Source of the DNA: Glycera tridactyla
Taxonomy: Eukaryota
Reading direction: 5' to 3'
NCBI GenBank assembly: GCA_965644265.1
Contig: OZ286460.1
Span: 16,678,001 to 16,742,000 of the forward strand
DNA length: 64,000 nucleotides
Part shown: positions 61,827 to 64,000 of the stretch, one piece after another
How positions within the stretch are numbered: the stretch's first letter is position 1
Layout of the letters: each line of letters opens with the position of its first letter
The notes under the pieces: model-generated
What the model saw: only the letters and a program-made list of their open reading frames with translations
Databases searched by the model: none
What the model was told of the DNA's origin: nothing
Made by a program: the position numbers and the translations under genes

Positions 61827-64000
61827 TATGGTGAATTTGAGAGGGGTATTTTTAAACCCTNNNNNNNNNNNNNNNNNNNNNNNNNNNNNNNNNNNNNNNN
61901 NNNNNNNNNNNNNNNNNNNNNNNNNNNNNNNNNNNNNNNNNNNNNNNNNNNNNNNNNNNNNNNNNNNNNNNNNNNNNNNNNNNNNNNNNNNNNNNNNNNN
62001 NNNNNNNNNNNNNNNNNNNNNNNNNNNNNNNNNNNNNNNNNNNNNNNNNNNNNNNNNNNNNNNNNNNNNNNNNNNNNNNNNNNNNNNNNNNNNNNNNNNN
62101 NNNNNNNNNNNNNNNNNNNNNNNNNNNNNNNNNNNNNNNNNNNNNNNNNNNNNNNNNNNNNNNNNNNNGAAAATGGCCCCTTCTACTCTCTGTTGAGATT
62201 TCATCACACATAGCAGGTGTTGTTCTAATAAGAACCAGTGTCCTCCTGAATGACCCCCGCTCAACTTCGATCAACAAACATATTTATGCTGCTCAGCATG
62301 CACTTCCTCCCCATACGTTAATCTGTTAGATAGTCATAATATATGTAATATAATCGGAGTTCTATCAAGGCTAAGCATCAAACATATACTATGTTACTGA
62401 CTGGCCATCTGGTATGGGTGCAGGCGGCTTGCGGGTGTAACCTCGCTTTCACATCGGGAGGCGGAGCGTGCATATTGGGTGAGAAAGGCCTATGGGCCAC
62501 TTAGTTTTACAATGGGCCACTACATGCCCGTCTCAGGACAACTCTCGAAATGATTGCAACAATTCTAGGAGACGGGGAAGCTTTCAACAGCATACAGCAT
62601 GCGATTATTATTCATGTCTGCATATTGAAGAAGCACTGCTGTCCTTTGCAAAGGAAATGGATGTTAAACCCAAAAACCCAAGGGAGGGCATGTGGAAATC
62701 CCATTTCTCCTGCCCAAATGTCAATCGAAGAAAAAGTTAATGTAGAGCCCTGTGTATATGAACCACTTGTATGGAAATTTCTTTTCTGTAACATAGCAGT
62801 ATATACGGCGTCGCAGCGATTATCAGCCCGGTCGGACGGACGGTCGTCAGCATCATTTGACCTGATTGTCATTCTCGTCTCCCAGAGGACAGCTGACCAG
62901 CGGTACCGCGGTACTTGGGCGAGTCGAACTCTATCATAGTCGGCAAGGTCAACGCCATGTCATAGGTCCTGAACGCTGTCACAGAGAGGCTAGTTGCGAA
63001 TATGTGCGCCAACTTTACGGCTGCTAATAGTCTCTTTATGACACCTCCGAGACTCAGGGACTGTCTCACGGACCGGATCGGTTCTCGAACATGAAATTGG
63101 TGCATTCGGTGCATTATTTGTACTTTCTATCCCCAAACTGGAGCATCCGTTGTATAGGTGAAGATGTCCCCGTAAATTGTTGTGCCAGCCATGATAAACA
63201 ATTTACTGCTTCTGACATATTCGGGCGTTTAATAGAATCTCCCATTTGTATTCTACAAGATCTGCCTCTCATAAAATTCTGCATATCCATACATCCCAAT
63301 TATCTCGTTGTGGCGAGACATGTTGACCCGCCGTAATGCATGTGGAAGGAAATACATGTTGATTACCTGTCATTCCATTGCATCATGATTTTCTAAAAGT
63401 TTATGTCACTGACATGAAAATTGGCGCCTTTGGGGCAATTTTTCACTCTCAATCCCAGAAATGGAGCACCTGGTACTATCTAGTGACCTGCCGTGATGTG
63501 AGTGAAAACGTTTTTTTCAGAAGGTAATAAATGTGGATTTTCTTAGATCATACAATGGCATCATGATTTTCCTAAATTTTATATCAATGTCAAGAAAAAG
63601 TGAAAATGTACAAGTGACAGAAGCCACATAGGATCCTGAAAGTGGCTCAAGTGAAAATTTGTAAGAAGTTGTGAACAAACTAGAGAAAATGTAGGTCTGA
63701 ACTAGAATATGTTTCAAATGTTTTCTTGAGAATGGCTCGTTTCTGATTTTCATCTTGATGGCTGAATAAGTTTGGTTTCCACAATGCTATGGATATATTA
63801 TTTAGCTGAACATAGAGATACATGAATTTTTAGGCTCAAGTTGGTGCTGGCCTACATTTGATAATCATTCACCCCTTTTGTCATGTTTTCAACTTCATGC
63901 ATATTGTGGTTTCTGTGTTGTAGGTGAGTCTCACTTCTTAATCTCATACTCAGGAGGTGAGAAACCATCAAATTAGAATGTTTGGATCAGTGTCTCTTGG

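Noticed and set aside
62612-62872. Peptide RADNRCDAVY resembling KIF26B RDNRCDICATHL (the expected next exon)
   Set aside because: It is on the opposite strand to the KIF26 exon, lacks the second cysteine and the HLxQLK motif, and runs into a MITE.

Overview
Animal genomic DNA, AT-rich and mostly CpG-poor, with many N runs. The repeat landscape suggests a marine invertebrate, but the species cannot be determined. Only one host exon is well supported: a 792-bp phase 0-0 exon (24407-25198, + strand) encoding the N-terminal region of a KIF26-type kinesin (WCxxCxxRLLELRRQAL motif). The rest of the window is therefore most simply read as long KIF26 introns. These hold roughly 35 TA-flanked Tc1/mariner-type MITE copies, hAT-like and PIF/Harbinger-like MITEs, tRNA-derived SINEs, L2/CR1 LINE tails, a probable DIRS/Ngaro relic, and mini- and microsatellites. 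The most notable structures are four. (1) A 4965-bp TIR transposon (34341-39305) has a 4-bp TSD confirmed by an empty duplicate site; it carries a decayed three-exon gene for an unrecognised protein, with further homologues at 37595-38070 and 19800-20190. (2) A second TIR element (49716-53333, TTAA TSD, CAG ends) is nested in a long TcMar-type element and itself contains a LINE. (3) A locally duplicated intronic block has a conserved pair of RFX X-boxes. (4) MITE subfamilies share one 17-bp repeat architecture but differ in the core motif. No rRNA, intact tRNA or CRISPR array was seen. All family assignments are from recall, not database searches.
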